From Patescibacteria group bacterium (lineage in GTDB: Bacteria; Patescibacteriota; Microgenomatia; UBA10105; UBA927), in contig DATKGN010000007.1 in NCBI GenBank assembly GCA_035510735.1, positions 105 to 64,104 of the forward strand: a DNA stretch of 64,000 bases. The letters are read 5' to 3'. Of the stretch, positions 1 through 10,254 are shown piece after piece (positions within the stretch are counted from its first letter, which is position 1; each line of letters begins with the position of its first letter). The position numbers were made by a program, and so were the translations under genes. The notes under the pieces are model-generated. The model saw nothing but the letters and a program-made list of their open reading frames with translations, was not told where the DNA came from and did not search any database.

Positions 1-41
1 AACTACTGCGTGGTGCACTTCCAGTGCGAATGTAGGATTCT

Positions 42-653
42 TTGACCGACGAGTCATTTTATCCTATAATCCTCGCGATGACTCCAACTAAGGAATTTTC
101 GAAAAACGAATCGACGCTGGCGTATTACCATCTTCTCACGATATATCATTCTTCACTCACAAATCTAAGCCACAATGCGTTAATCACCGATGTAACACAA
201 ATATATCCTACGGAGTTTCCCGATAACCTCATCCTCAAACGAAATCGTTTTGATACTATATTTACAGTAAAAACGGAAGATAACCCCATGATATATGTAT
301 TAGGAGAAACCAAAAAAATCGGAGGTAATCACATCATTTCCCAGGTACATATACCGATGATCGATTTTCGTAGCATTACCCATGATCATCATCTTGCCAA
401 ATCGATAACCGATGAAATACGGAATATGACCGAGTGGCTTCCTGAACCATTCCGGATATCACCTTACGACGAACCGTTTGTGGGTCTTACCACCTCGTAT
501 ATTGAACGCATTATAGACTTTGAAAATGTGTCAGCTGTCGCTGATGATGTTGTTCGCGCAGTCCAATCTTTTGATACACTTCGCTCAGTGTTTGGCGAAT
601 GGACTCAAAGCCCGACTATGAAGATGCTCGGCGTTAACGTCCCGATTATTTAA
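42..653 (+). CDS. hypothetical protein (203 aa)
   Basis: Long ORF from the six-frame track; no recognisable motif. Confidence 0.35.
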   Translation: MTDESFYPIILAMTPTKEFSKNESTLAYYHLLTIYHSSLTNLSHNALITDVTQIYPTEFPDNLILKRNRFDTIFTVKTEDNPMIYVLGETKKIGGNHIISQVHIPMIDFRSITHDHHLAKSITDEIRNMTEWLPEPFRISPYDEPFVGLTTSYIERIIDFENVSAVADDVVRAVQSFDTLRSVFGEWTQSPTMKMLGVNVPII

Positions 654-1084
654 AATCCGCGGTCACTACGCCCTTCTCCCCCTGCACTATTTCCATATCG
701 AACAAATAGATTATCCCGTTCACGCATTTCCTCATCTACTCCCCTATCAAGCCCACGCTGAATAATTTTAACAACAGTTTGAGATTGCTGAGCTTGTTCT
801 TTCTTTGTAATATCAAAAGGCCATCCGACGTGATGATCAGCCCATTCCTTTTGAAAATTTTGTAACAGCTTCGGCGCCCAGGTTGAAAATTTGGGATCAT
901 TTCGGAGCGCCGCATCAAATCCTATTTTATGTTGTACGCTAAATTGATGGGCCAGAGAAAGCTTCCTTGAAAGTTCGTCAAAAGAGAGACCATGATCAAG
1001 CCCGTTGTCCATTAATAGAGTCGCGATACCTCCCCAATACATCCGTTCCTCCTCATACGAAACCGGGACCTGGAATTTCCCCAT
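650..1084 (-). CDS. hypothetical protein (144 aa)
   Basis: ORF with plausible composition; competes with overlapping ORFs 967..1323(+) and 1053..1433(-). Confidence 0.3.
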   Translation of the reverse strand: MGKFQVPVSYEEERMYWGGIATLLMDNGLDHGLSFDELSRKLSLAHQFSVQHKIGFDAALRNDPKFSTWAPKLLQNFQKEWADHHVGWPFDITKKEQAQQSQTVVKIIQRGLDRGVDEEMRERDNLFVRYGNSAGGEGRSDRGF

Positions 1085-1181
1085 ACTTTAACTTAACCAC
1101 TCCTACCCGCAAACCGCAATACACAGGAAGTATAAATGGCCCCCTTGATACTTCCCGTGTGATACTCGATACTGATAATGT

Positions 1182-1577
1182 ATGTCTCCCGATGAACTGC
1201 GTGAACAAGTCGAACTTGAAGTCGTCGAATTTATCAAGGCTAAGCTTGCCACGTTTGAAATCAACGAAACGCGCGCTCAACAAATCGCAAACCGGGTACT
1301 TGATATACTCAAGCCCGGGATGAGCTTTGAACAACTCTATAAAGCGATTCCAAGCCTCGATGATACGATGCCGGAGCTTGCTATCATCGTCCTTCCTCAT
1401 ATCCGGCAGTATGAAGAAAATGTGACGGGACAAGCCTTAAGCGCCGTCCGTGACCTCATCAAACAGGGCCAATACGATGCCGCAGCCAAACTGGGCAAGA
1501 AAGCATCAACGAACGACGTCGAGCTCGAATGGCAAGGATCCGGTAAGCCGGATGAGTCGGCGCCGTCAAACAATTAA
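1182..1577 (+). CDS. hypothetical protein (131 aa), charged, helical-looking
   Basis: ORF with protein-like composition; no recognisable motif. Confidence 0.4.
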   Translation: MSPDELREQVELEVVEFIKAKLATFEINETRAQQIANRVLDILKPGMSFEQLYKAIPSLDDTMPELAIIVLPHIRQYEENVTGQALSAVRDLIKQGQYDAAAKLGKKASTNDVELEWQGSGKPDESAPSNN

Positions 1578-1750
1578 TCATTTAGCCTCAATATCATAGG
1601 CGCCAGCCATACCCCCTTGATATAGTATGATGTATTTTTCCGGATTCAAAAAATACTTATCTTTCAAATTTGTAAAGATAATTCCCATAAATTTACAAAA
1701 CTAGCCTATAATTTGCATCTGATTGTAAAATATCGTACACTTAAATACCT

Positions 1751-2458
1751 ATGCCACCCAAAGGAATCGAAAAATTCGAAATAGCACGGCCAAATCCCGG
1801 TGAAACACCAAAACCAGGAGAACTTTTGCTTCCCGGTCAGAATCTTTTTAACCAATCCCCCTTCCGGGAGTTATTTTTCCATGAAGACATTTTTCCGGAT
1901 CAACTTTGGGATAGCGAAGAAAACCGTGATATTGGCTTCGTATCTGCAATTGATTTATTCATCCACCACATTGACATCGAAAAAGATACGCTGTCCTATA
2001 TTTTTGATAAGGAAGTCAAAACGTTTGAAGACCAGGAAAAGAACGAAACACGCTTCAGGGCAAGGGAATTTGAAATCAGGCACCATTTAAAAGATGACTT
2101 AGATCCCATCGCTACGACGCTTGCAATCATGGAAAATCTCCGCATCTTTTTTAACGATCACCCGTATGCATTCAAATACCTGCACGAGCACCTGACCGGC
2201 AGAGATGCGGAATATACTCCGTGGGGAAACCCGAAGCGCGCGCAGATTGATTACGTGCCCACGTATACCAAATATGCAAGAAATCAGGAACTCAGCACAC
2301 AAGAGGATATTCTTGTCGGAATTGGTCAGGAAGTAACGGGTCTATCAACAATTGAGGATATTCTTGCCGCATTGCCGCCAAAATCCAAAGAAAATAGATT
2401 TCATCGATACGGAAAATCTCAAAAAGGTTCAATGTCCCACAGAACATTTATTGATTGA
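1751..2458 (+). CDS. hypothetical protein (235 aa)
   Basis: Long ORF preceded by AT-rich spacer; no recognisable motif. Confidence 0.5.
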   Translation: MPPKGIEKFEIARPNPGETPKPGELLLPGQNLFNQSPFRELFFHEDIFPDQLWDSEENRDIGFVSAIDLFIHHIDIEKDTLSYIFDKEVKTFEDQEKNETRFRAREFEIRHHLKDDLDPIATTLAIMENLRIFFNDHPYAFKYLHEHLTGRDAEYTPWGNPKRAQIDYVPTYTKYARNQELSTQEDILVGIGQEVTGLSTIEDILAALPPKSKENRFHRYGKSQKGSMSHRTFID

Positions 2459-2559
2459 TTATGGCGCCCCGTGAATATTCACCCCGAGGATAAAATTATT
2501 GTATTTTCCTCATAAATATCCTATAATTCGTATACTTTGCTATTCCGCAAAGTTTTTTT

Positions 2560-5316
2560 ATGCAACGCGTTGATGTTGATCGACCACAGCCTTCTATGCC
2601 TGCCTTTACGGAAGGCTCTGTACTTCCTCCGTATGAACCCATCAGGTTCCCGGTAAACATCAATGCACTAGAGAAGCTCGCACAAACCGATCCCGCAGCG
2701 TGCATATTTTACGCATTCCTCTCGCCCGAACCGAGCTATCAAGGGTTATTGGATTTTTTAGACAATGGCGGAAATTTTTTCAAAAGGCGATTGCCTCACG
2801 ATCAATTTGATAGAAATCCGGAACTTAACAAAATCGTCAACTCATATCTACAACGTGCTCTTGATGAAAACTCCATTAACGGCACCAAAAGAATCGTACA
2901 ATCTCCTCTCTATCATGATATTGCCGAAATTTGCCAATATATACTTCAAAAAACGGAAACGCCGCAGGACTCCCCACACCTAACCCCGATTAAGCGAGCG
3001 CAGCTTGAACGCCAAGCGATTGAAACAGTTCAGCTTCGATATCCGACTGTTCATAAAATCCAAAACGATTGGCAGGCTTCACGGGATCTCTCGCGCGAAA
3101 TGTGGAGACTCGAACTTCAGACGCATTCGACAACCTCAGAAGATGTACTTCCGGAAAATCTCCGTCAGACACTAGTAGATAGAATCGATGAAATAACAGG
3201 ACAAGCGATCTATGATTACACGGTACCTCTTTGGAGGGAACAGGAGTTCATGACCGGCCGGTTTACCGGTAAAAAGGACCGATGGAAACAACCGATAGCC
3301 GTCCCCATCCGACCGCTTTCAAAGGAAGAATTTGCGTCGCTCCACATTGTACCGAAGTGGGATTATTCAAAAATCGGCTACAATCTATTCATAGAATTCC
3401 GCGACACAAATGGTAAACAGGTACCGGTATGTTTTAAAGAACCACGCGAAGATGATAATCACCTGTTTTTTTGGCTTCGATCTCTTGCCCCTTTAGAAAA
3501 AAAAGACATATTCAAGAATTACCTAAGAGAATCTGACATGTCATATCTCAGCGGCTTCTATACAAATGCATTATATGGAAGCTTCTGGATATCACACGTA
3601 CCGAGACTCCGCCGCGCGCTCCAGGAAAATAATTTCATAGAGTGGAAAACACTCGCAGAAGAATTCATAACCTCGCTCCCCGAAAAGGCATATGATATCG
3701 CTGTCGGAATTCGATATGGTGATTTTTATACATTCATCAAATTTATCTACGATTCTGTTGGCCCTGATACACTTGTCCGTCGGGAACTAGCAGCCCGACA
3801 AATGGGGCTTCCGAATATTTGCGACGCCGTTCCCGAAAATTACTGTCCAAAAGAAAAATCTTCCGAATCATCCATAGCATATTTGCCAACAGATTTAACG
3901 GTAACGAAAAATGATTCCAAAAAAGAATATGAGGCAAAATTAGCCATATCTGCATTCTTTGTGAGCATGCCGCAATCGTGGCTAGCGAAAGATCAGGCGC
4001 TCGATTTCCCAACCAACGAAGAGCATGCGAAGGGTAAGTGGCAGCCACTAGAATTTCCTCTTTCGGGGGCACAAGCTTTGGATTTCACCGATATCACAAC
4101 CACGAACCCCATTCATGCTACGCATGACTACCTCGCCCTCCCGGCGCCTACTCATGGTCAAATGGCATCCATAGAACTTATCAATTCCTTAAGAGAACCT
4201 CTCGCATACGGTACCGACTACATACTTGAATACGATGCCGCACGCAACCAATACAGAGCAAAATTGTTTAACCCGATATATAACGATTCTGTATTTCATA
4301 TCCGCATGCGATTCGCCCCTGGCGACGAATCGGCAAATCCTAATGAAGCTATCCTCATCGATTCAGAGGCTGTTGCCGCAGTGTCAGAACGGCTAGCTCA
4401 TTTGGGCTACACTGCCCTTGCTAACAATCTTAACCACGCATTGACCTATGCAAACGGCTCAATGACAACTGGCGATATTGCCCGAGTTGTGGCCAAAAGC
4501 TCGGATTATTCATTTGACACAAATTATCAACCTATCCCGTCCGATAACCCGTTTATCGCACTCTCCGGTTTTATTGACCACACAACCGGCCGACTGCAAG
4601 TCCAATGTAAAGGTGCAAATACCTTTTTAACCGCAATACTCAATGAACTATTGCCAGACGGATGCCGCGCTGAAACCATATCTTGTTACTCCTTGCAAAA
4701 CATTAAAAACCAACAAGCCGGGGATGATCCTATTTCCGCAACGATTAGCCAGGGAAATTTGCATGCCAGGACACATATATTTGTGGGTGAAGAACGAATC
4801 GCTGTCATCGATGGAACGCCGTATAGCCTGAATCATCAGGATGTATCAGCGCTTCCATATGAACAAGAAGAAGGACTATCGCCGGAAGATGAACGGGCAG
4901 CGTTTCTATCAATTCTCGATGAATCGCTCAAAAATATTATGAAAGAGCCCGGACTATTAGCCCACCTGGACCGCTGGGGAGATAAACGAGCCATGGAACC
5001 TCTTATTGATAGCCTTCGACTCGCAGCCTTCATCCAGGATCTGTCGCATGGAGTTGAAATGTCACCAGGTCGAATCGGCGGAATGTACGAAACATACGGA
5101 GAGGAAATTAACGAGAATAGCATACTCACGGAAACATTGCTTTCCCAATGGATAGAGACCGCTACGACAACCTTACGTCAAGCGATTGAATACGCGAGTA
5201 CGAAGCAATTCATCTGGAAAGAACTACCCATATATGGTGATGGCACGGTCGTATTTAAGACCCTTGGGATACTCAAAACTGCACAATCGCTCCTTAATGT
5301 GGCGCCGAATGAATAA
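2560..5316 (+). CDS. large hypothetical protein (918 aa)
   Basis: Uninterrupted 2.7-kb ORF; upstream 'atcctataattcg' (-10-like TATAAT) around 2521-2533; no recognisable domain. Confidence 0.6.
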   Translation: MQRVDVDRPQPSMPAFTEGSVLPPYEPIRFPVNINALEKLAQTDPAACIFYAFLSPEPSYQGLLDFLDNGGNFFKRRLPHDQFDRNPELNKIVNSYLQRALDENSINGTKRIVQSPLYHDIAEICQYILQKTETPQDSPHLTPIKRAQLERQAIETVQLRYPTVHKIQNDWQASRDLSREMWRLELQTHSTTSEDVLPENLRQTLVDRIDEITGQAIYDYTVPLWREQEFMTGRFTGKKDRWKQPIAVPIRPLSKEEFASLHIVPKWDYSKIGYNLFIEFRDTNGKQVPVCFKEPREDDNHLFFWLRSLAPLEKKDIFKNYLRESDMSYLSGFYTNALYGSFWISHVPRLRRALQENNFIEWKTLAEEFITSLPEKAYDIAVGIRYGDFYTFIKFIYDSVGPDTLVRRELAARQMGLPNICDAVPENYCPKEKSSESSIAYLPTDLTVTKNDSKKEYEAKLAISAFFVSMPQSWLAKDQALDFPTNEEHAKGKWQPLEFPLSGAQALDFTDITTTNPIHATHDYLALPAPTHGQMASIELINSLREPLAYGTDYILEYDAARNQYRAKLFNPIYNDSVFHIRMRFAPGDESANPNEAILIDSEAVAAVSERLAHLGYTALANNLNHALTYANGSMTTGDIARVVAKSSDYSFDTNYQPIPSDNPFIALSGFIDHTTGRLQVQCKGANTFLTAILNELLPDGCRAETISCYSLQNIKNQQAGDDPISATISQGNLHARTHIFVGEERIAVIDGTPYSLNHQDVSALPYEQEEGLSPEDERAAFLSILDESLKNIMKEPGLLAHLDRWGDKRAMEPLIDSLRLAAFIQDLSHGVEMSPGRIGGMYETYGEEINENSILTETLLSQWIETATTTLRQAIEYASTKQFIWKELPIYGDGTVVFKTLGILKTAQSLLNVAPNE

Positions 5317-5905
5317 TCACCCCGAGGATAAATTGGTTGGAATGTGGCTTTGTTCCCACACAACCGACAAAAGAAACGATCCGGGCGACCGGCCCCATGG
5401 CAGGAAGCGATAATGCCGAGATATCCTCCCCGTCTTCGCGGACGTCGATAATGCGCCCGGTTAACGGAACATCGCTATAATAATATTCTTTAGCCACCAC
5501 GAGTCTTTGATCCATCACTTTAAGATGAAGAGGCAGTATTCGTCTACCGGGGGTTAAACCGTTAATCGTCAAATCCTGAGGTGTCCCCTGATACATAACT
5601 GCCTTTAATTCCCGTGAGATGCCAAGAATAGCAATCGGAGGAGTATCTTCAAACGGGCCATTGGGCACATACACCGTGCAACCCTCGCCTAAATGCGCGA
5701 TTGGAATTGCACTTGACGCCCGCTCCGCATAATCCGCTTCCGGCTCAACGATAGACGTGAGAGTCCGGAGAGGTGTGCGTAATTGGTTAACCAGCAGATT
5801 TCCGGTTAACCGATTGACAAAGCTTCTATCCGGAGTATCGCAATTATATAGTTCACTCGGATTCCATGGCTTTCCAAGCTCTGGGTCTTTTCCTTTTTCT
5901 CCCAT
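5294..5905 (-). CDS. hypothetical protein (203 aa), last gene of a three-gene minus-strand operon
   Basis: ORF immediately downstream of GNAT gene on the same strand. Confidence 0.45.
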   Translation of the reverse strand: MGEKGKDPELGKPWNPSELYNCDTPDRSFVNRLTGNLLVNQLRTPLRTLTSIVEPEADYAERASSAIPIAHLGEGCTVYVPNGPFEDTPPIAILGISRELKAVMYQGTPQDLTINGLTPGRRILPLHLKVMDQRLVVAKEYYYSDVPLTGRIIDVREDGEDISALSLPAMGPVARIVSFVGCVGTKPHSNQFILGVIIHSAPH

Positions 5906-5918
5906 AGAAATCAGTGTA

Positions 5919-6545
5919 TCACACGCCAGCGGGCTCTCCGACCGGCTGAAGCTCTAATTGCATATCAGACGGCACCTGCCATTGATCAAGATGGATTTTA
6001 AAACGGAAATAACCGGACCGAGAGGTAGGTTCGGGCTTCTCATGAGGAAACTGCTCGCTAATAAGCCATGAAGCCAAATTTTGCTCATGAATATCCACAA
6101 GAAGGGTACGTATGCCGAATTGCTTCGCTCTAGCAGCACGTAGCTCTGCCACTCTCGTTCCAATTCTTCTACCCCAAGCTGATTTATCTAGCATCAATCC
6201 ACCATAAGCACATTTATTCCAGACGTCAAATTCACGAAGTTCGGTGTTTCCAATCGGCGTTCCGTCAGGAAGAATAATTTCAAATAGAGCCAAATCTTTA
6301 TTCTCCGCCGCCTGTTCATAATGATATTGAAGCGCAATCCAATTGACGCCGGTGTTGAGCTCAAAGCGTGAAATATCAGGATCAAGTTCCCATTCAACCG
6401 ATCGCCGAACCTGCTCTGACATTCCTTGAAATGGCATAAGGCTAATACCGCTTACCCGGTCAACAACTGCATAGCGTTTCAGCTTCGTGACGACATCGGG
6501 ATACGCTTTAAATCCTGAATATTCTGGAATCTCTAAGTTAAGCAT
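5919..6545 (-). CDS. GNAT-family N-acetyltransferase
   Basis: Motif A-like 'WGRRIGTRVAELRAARAKQFGIRTLLVDIHEQNLASWLISEQF' (R-x-x-G-x-G/A acetyl-CoA loop followed by N..A), in the order conserved in GNAT folds; 8-nt overlap with upstream methyltransferase gene. Confidence 0.6.
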   Translation of the reverse strand: MLNLEIPEYSGFKAYPDVVTKLKRYAVVDRVSGISLMPFQGMSEQVRRSVEWELDPDISRFELNTGVNWIALQYHYEQAAENKDLALFEIILPDGTPIGNTELREFDVWNKCAYGGLMLDKSAWGRRIGTRVAELRAARAKQFGIRTLLVDIHEQNLASWLISEQFPHEKPEPTSRSGYFRFKIHLDQWQVPSDMQLELQPVGEPAGV

Positions 6546-7443
6546 GATCTCTTCCTTTTAATGAGCCGCGCACCGCGACGGCGGCAAATGAAATGTTTGT
6601 ATTTTGCGGTGTTGTATAGACAGCGTCAATAAACCGAATCATATGAAATTCACGCGCCTGAAGTAGTGCTGACCGGGAACTGAGCTGGTCATTAAACCGC
6701 TCACTCCATGGAGTGCCATCGGTATCAATTACGTCATATCCTCCGTAGCCACCAGCGATAAATACAGACATGTGAGGACTCAGTTTCATAGCAGCGATTG
6801 CGGCAATATCCGCTGATACTCCATCAGCATTGCGGTATTTATCCCAGTCACCGAGATTCGTTAGTCCAATCGTCACTTGCTCAAGCTCCTGAGCGTGAGC
6901 CCGGTAATGAAACAAATCGTCATTGATAAGAATAATGCGGGTGAGATCAATGCCATTCATGGCGTAAAAATCATATGCTTTCTCAAGTAAATCAGACCTG
7001 CGTTCATACAACACGACCTTTTCTGCTCCCAATTTGAGGGCGAACAACCCTAATATGCCAATCCCGGCGCCGTTCTCAAGAGCGATTGCGCCTTTAAACG
7101 CTTCTTTTTGAGTGAGCATCGCTTTCATGATCGTTAGCGTGTGAAGAGCATATCCCCTATCAAACGAAGTCCCGCTATCTAAATCGTACGCGGCGATCGT
7201 GTAGGGAAAGCTATCGGGGGTTTCGATAATATCAGAGATGTAAATAACACACTCGTTGTCTATGGTGAAAAGTGCTGTCGGCCAAAGGTAATCAGATTCA
7301 CTCTGCGCTCTCCACCGCGCCATTTGGAATGGTTCCGTTGCCCCTGTATATCCGATATAAATATCTTCGCGGCGAAAAACCCACGATTCTTTTTTCGTGA
7401 TGCCCTCGGGGCCATCTATTGGAGGAAATTCATGGGATATCAT
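6538..7443 (-). CDS. class I SAM-dependent methyltransferase (PrmA-like)
   Basis: 'FDRGYALHTLT' followed by glycine-rich motif I 'ALENGAGIGILGLFALKLGAEKVVLYERRS', resembling the PrmA FGTG-H-TT and GxGxG arrangement. Confidence 0.5.
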   Translation of the reverse strand: MISHEFPPIDGPEGITKKESWVFRREDIYIGYTGATEPFQMARWRAQSESDYLWPTALFTIDNECVIYISDIIETPDSFPYTIAAYDLDSGTSFDRGYALHTLTIMKAMLTQKEAFKGAIALENGAGIGILGLFALKLGAEKVVLYERRSDLLEKAYDFYAMNGIDLTRIILINDDLFHYRAHAQELEQVTIGLTNLGDWDKYRNADGVSADIAAIAAMKLSPHMSVFIAGGYGGYDVIDTDGTPWSERFNDQLSSRSALLQAREFHMIRFIDAVYTTPQNTNISFAAVAVRGSLKGRDHA

Positions 7444-7622
7444 AGATTATGTTTTAATATCATCATATAGTAATTCTGATAACAGTTGGATATATCACAT
7501 TTAGGCCACTTAATGCAAGTTCTTACTTGCATTTTTCCATCCTATAGTGTATAATTTCGAAACACTAATTACCTTAAAAAGATTGCTTCGCCGTGAGAAC
7601 GGCCTCGCAATGACAAAAAAAC

Positions 7623-8465
7623 ATGAATCAATGGCAAGTAATTTACGAATACTGTAATGATCACGACGGCGCTGATTGCGCGTGCGTCGGCACTGCGTTC
7701 ATTTCTGCCATCCCTGAAGTACCACGTATTAATCTCTTATCCGGTATAACACGCACCACGAAGGCGAAAGAAGTTGTCGTCCGTTCCCCCGTCTCGCTCA
7801 GCCAGTTTCTAGGCCTCATGCTCCTCGCGCTTGGCTTGGGTGGTATTTTCGGCCCATTAATCCCGGAATTACGCATGGAAACAGCCTATTACGCCAATCA
7901 GGCAAATATCGCCTTTGACGGCGCCATGGCATCACGGAAGCCAGATCTTCCCAAATCTGCCCCAGTTATATTCACGCCTCTCACCACGCCTGACGGCGCC
8001 TCAATTGCCCCGGTAAATACTGACTTTAGTCTCGTCATCCCAAAAATTGGTGTCAATGCGCCGGTTGTTGCGAACGTCGACCCCGCTGATCCGAAATCAT
8101 ACGATGACGCGCTCCTCAAAGGCGTCGCCCACGCATCAACCTCGTTTTTACCCGACCAGGATGGCACGGTCTACCTGTTCTCCCACTCGACTAACTACGA
8201 TTGGTTCGTCAAGGATCTGAATGCAGTATTTTATCTCTTAAAGAACGTCGGGAAGGGCGACACGATCGTCGTGTTCTATAAAGGCAGGCAATACACCTAT
8301 CTTGTCACGGATAAGAAGATCGTTTCGCCGGTAAAGAACACCTATCTCTACCCGACTGCAGGCGTCCACAACCTGATTCTTGAGACCTGCTGGCCGCCGG
8401 GGTCGACCACAGAGCGCTTACTTATATTCGCAAGCCTCCTTGAGGATCACGGGCAACAGATCTAA
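7623..8465 (+). CDS. srt: sortase (transpeptidase) with N-terminal membrane anchor
   Basis: N-terminal hydrophobic segment; catalytic-domain motifs 'LVIPKIGVNAPV', 'YLFSHS', 'LILETCWPPGSTTERLLIFASL' (TLxTC Cys and downstream Arg). Confidence 0.75.
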   Translation: MNQWQVIYEYCNDHDGADCACVGTAFISAIPEVPRINLLSGITRTTKAKEVVVRSPVSLSQFLGLMLLALGLGGIFGPLIPELRMETAYYANQANIAFDGAMASRKPDLPKSAPVIFTPLTTPDGASIAPVNTDFSLVIPKIGVNAPVVANVDPADPKSYDDALLKGVAHASTSFLPDQDGTVYLFSHSTNYDWFVKDLNAVFYLLKNVGKGDTIVVFYKGRQYTYLVTDKKIVSPVKNTYLYPTAGVHNLILETCWPPGSTTERLLIFASLLEDHGQQI

Positions 8466-8469
8466 TAAA

Positions 8470-8557
8470 GGTTAGTTGGTTACTTGGTTAGTTGGTTACT
8501 TAGAAACACGTTCTTTTACCAAGTAACAAAGTAACTCGTGTTGCTAACTAACTATTA
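8470..8557. repeat. GGTTAC-type simple repeats (ggttagttggttacttggttagttggttactt) plus imperfect inverted partner between sortase and its substrate gene
   Basis: Seen directly; same unit family as 16535..16614 and 9621..9696. Confidence 0.55.
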
Positions 8558-8571
8558 ACATCCCATAACAC

Positions 8572-8600
8572 TTGACAAAAGGTTCTAATCGCTGTATACT
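8572..8600 (+). promoter_or_regulatory. sigma-70 promoter for sortase-substrate gene: TTGACA - 17 nt - TATACT
   Basis: Exact TTGACA (8572-8577), 17-nt spacer, TATACT (8595-8600), ~36 nt upstream of the ATG at 8637. Confidence 0.55.
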
Positions 8601-8636
8601 CTCACAACTGTATCAATAGGTATAGCAATATATATT

Positions 8637-9287
8637 ATGAATAAACAATCTATCGTTCTATCTCTTGCCACTGTTATCACAGGTACTCTTATGTTTGCAC
8701 CGTCAGTATTTGCTGATACGTGTACAACTCAGTATGGCGGCACAACCACATGCCAAGCAACGGATCTCGTCATTAACAAGCAAGTTGAAAACCCTGTAAC
8801 TCGCGGATTTGTCGAAAATCTTACGACCACAGATCCGACATTCACCCCGGGATCTCTTGTAACGTATAAATTAACGATCACCAATAATAGCGGCGAAACA
8901 TTTAACCCGGTGAACGTCAAGGATATTCTCCCGCCATTTATGACGTTTTTCGCCGGTCCCGGCACGTTTGATGCGAACAGCAACTCCGTGTCATTTCAAT
9001 TGGCAAATGTTATCGCAGGCCAAACCATAACGGAACAAATCGTTCTAAAAGTCATGGATGCGAGCCAGTTTCCGGCGGGGAAATCACTCTTCTGTGTCAA
9101 TAACGTCGCCCAGGTAAGCGCGCTTAACCGCTTTGACAGCGACAGCGCCCAGGTATGTTTACAAAATGGAACAGTCGTCTCCTCAACATTGCCGGTTGCC
9201 GGATTTGATGACTTCGCCATGTTACTCCCCTTCGCAGGGGTGGGCTTAGGCGGTTTTGCACTTTTGAAAGGTAAAAAAAGAGGATAA
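8637..9287 (+). CDS. sortase substrate: secreted surface protein with C-terminal LPVAG sorting signal
   Basis: N-terminal signal peptide (MNKQSIVLSLATVITGTLMFAPSVFA), DUF11-like 'TYKLTITNNSGETFNPVNVKDILPP' segment, C-terminal 'LPVAG' + hydrophobic stretch + 'KGKKRG' basic tail; adjacent to sortase. Confidence 0.7.
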   Translation: MNKQSIVLSLATVITGTLMFAPSVFADTCTTQYGGTTTCQATDLVINKQVENPVTRGFVENLTTTDPTFTPGSLVTYKLTITNNSGETFNPVNVKDILPPFMTFFAGPGTFDANSNSVSFQLANVIAGQTITEQIVLKVMDASQFPAGKSLFCVNNVAQVSALNRFDSDSAQVCLQNGTVVSSTLPVAGFDDFAMLLPFAGVGLGGFALLKGKKRG

Positions 9288-9365
9288 ACCGATCTACCAT
9301 TCTACGGTCTGCCGGCCATAATAATAATCCAATAAACAAATAATCCAATAATCAAATAAAAAATG

Positions 9366-9396
9366 AAACCGGCAGACCCGAAGGGAGCCGGTTTTT
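9366..9396 (+). terminator. possible intrinsic terminator after sortase-substrate gene
   Basis: 'aaaccggc-agacccgaaggga-gccggttt' stem-loop followed by a T-run; loop is long, so weak. Confidence 0.3.
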
Positions 9397-9436
9397 ATGT
9401 GGTCAGTTGCCGAGTTTTCGAGGCTTACTGCCACAT

Positions 9437-9599
9437 ATGGTTTGTATTCAAACCATTGATGGTTCGTAGACGCGACACCGTGACGCGTGGCTGTAAGCCT
9501 CGGGAGAAGGTAAGAATGGAGTGGGATTGTGGCAACTTGGCGAGTGAATTCTTATTCATGAGTTTAGGTGCCGATCAATGGTTTGTATTCAAACCATTA
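9437..9599. repeat. two copies of a 20-22-bp hairpin 'atggtttgtattcaaaccat' (9437..9458 and 9578..9599) flanking a ~120-nt segment
   Basis: Seen directly; each copy is self-complementary; the overlapping track ORF 9363..9614 is likely spurious. Confidence 0.4.
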
Positions 9600-9620
9600 G
9601 TGGCTCTTTTATAAAAACGA

Positions 9621-9696
9621 GTAACCGGTAATCGGTAACTGGTAATCAGTAAATTGACAATTTACCGATTACGAATTACGGGTTACGGATTACCAT
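9621..9696. repeat. ~76-bp imperfect palindrome built of GGTAAC/GGTAAT units (centre 'gtaaattg-ac-caatttac')
   Basis: Seen directly; reverse complement of the right arm matches the left arm with few mismatches. Confidence 0.5.
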
Positions 9697-10254
9697 AGAT
9701 ATTTTGACCTCGGAAATGAGTCCCGTTACCTGTCCAACGGCAGGTGGACGGTATCGGGATTCTTCCCGGTGTCAAACCGGACTTGGTTTTTGAACATGGC
9801 AGATTGCTGCCAAACTTCGAAGCCCAAGATTTGTTCTTTAACAAACGAGAACGCAGTAATGAGTTGCCAAATCGATTCTATCGAGTTGGCTTACTCAGAA
9901 TTGTCCCGTGCTAATCGCACCGTGAGCCATCTACGAATAGTAGTGAAAAGGCGAACGGCAAGATGCATGGGGCATATTTCGGGTATTTAGAAAAATACCC
10001 ATCATTCTCAATAGTTCTATAGCTCGGAAACGCATTTGGTATGCGCGTACGGCTCGGCAAACTGGGATTATCCAGGAATTTTTGGATGGAGGTTGCGCAT
10101 ACTCTCTCCGGAAATTCCTGGGTAATTTGACCAGTTAATAGTTTAAGCGGATGTACTTTAATGGTTTGAGGGCAACACAATCAAACACATTCACGCGAAT
10201 TAGGATGAATGTATTTGAAGAGTTTCAAAAAGGTGATATTCCGGCGCAATCGCA

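Noticed and set aside
8637-9287. Possible frameshift near 9236..9245 (run of G) in the sortase-substrate gene
   Set aside because: My hand count of the G-run disagreed by one base with the provided ORF track. The track is computed from the sequence and gives a clean LPVAG-tail ending, so this is most likely my own counting error, not a real frameshift.
9363-9614. 83-aa ORF spanning the paired hairpins
   Set aside because: Composed largely of the duplicated palindromic 'atggtttgtattcaaaccat' units; no RBS or protein-like composition. Treated as non-coding structured DNA instead.
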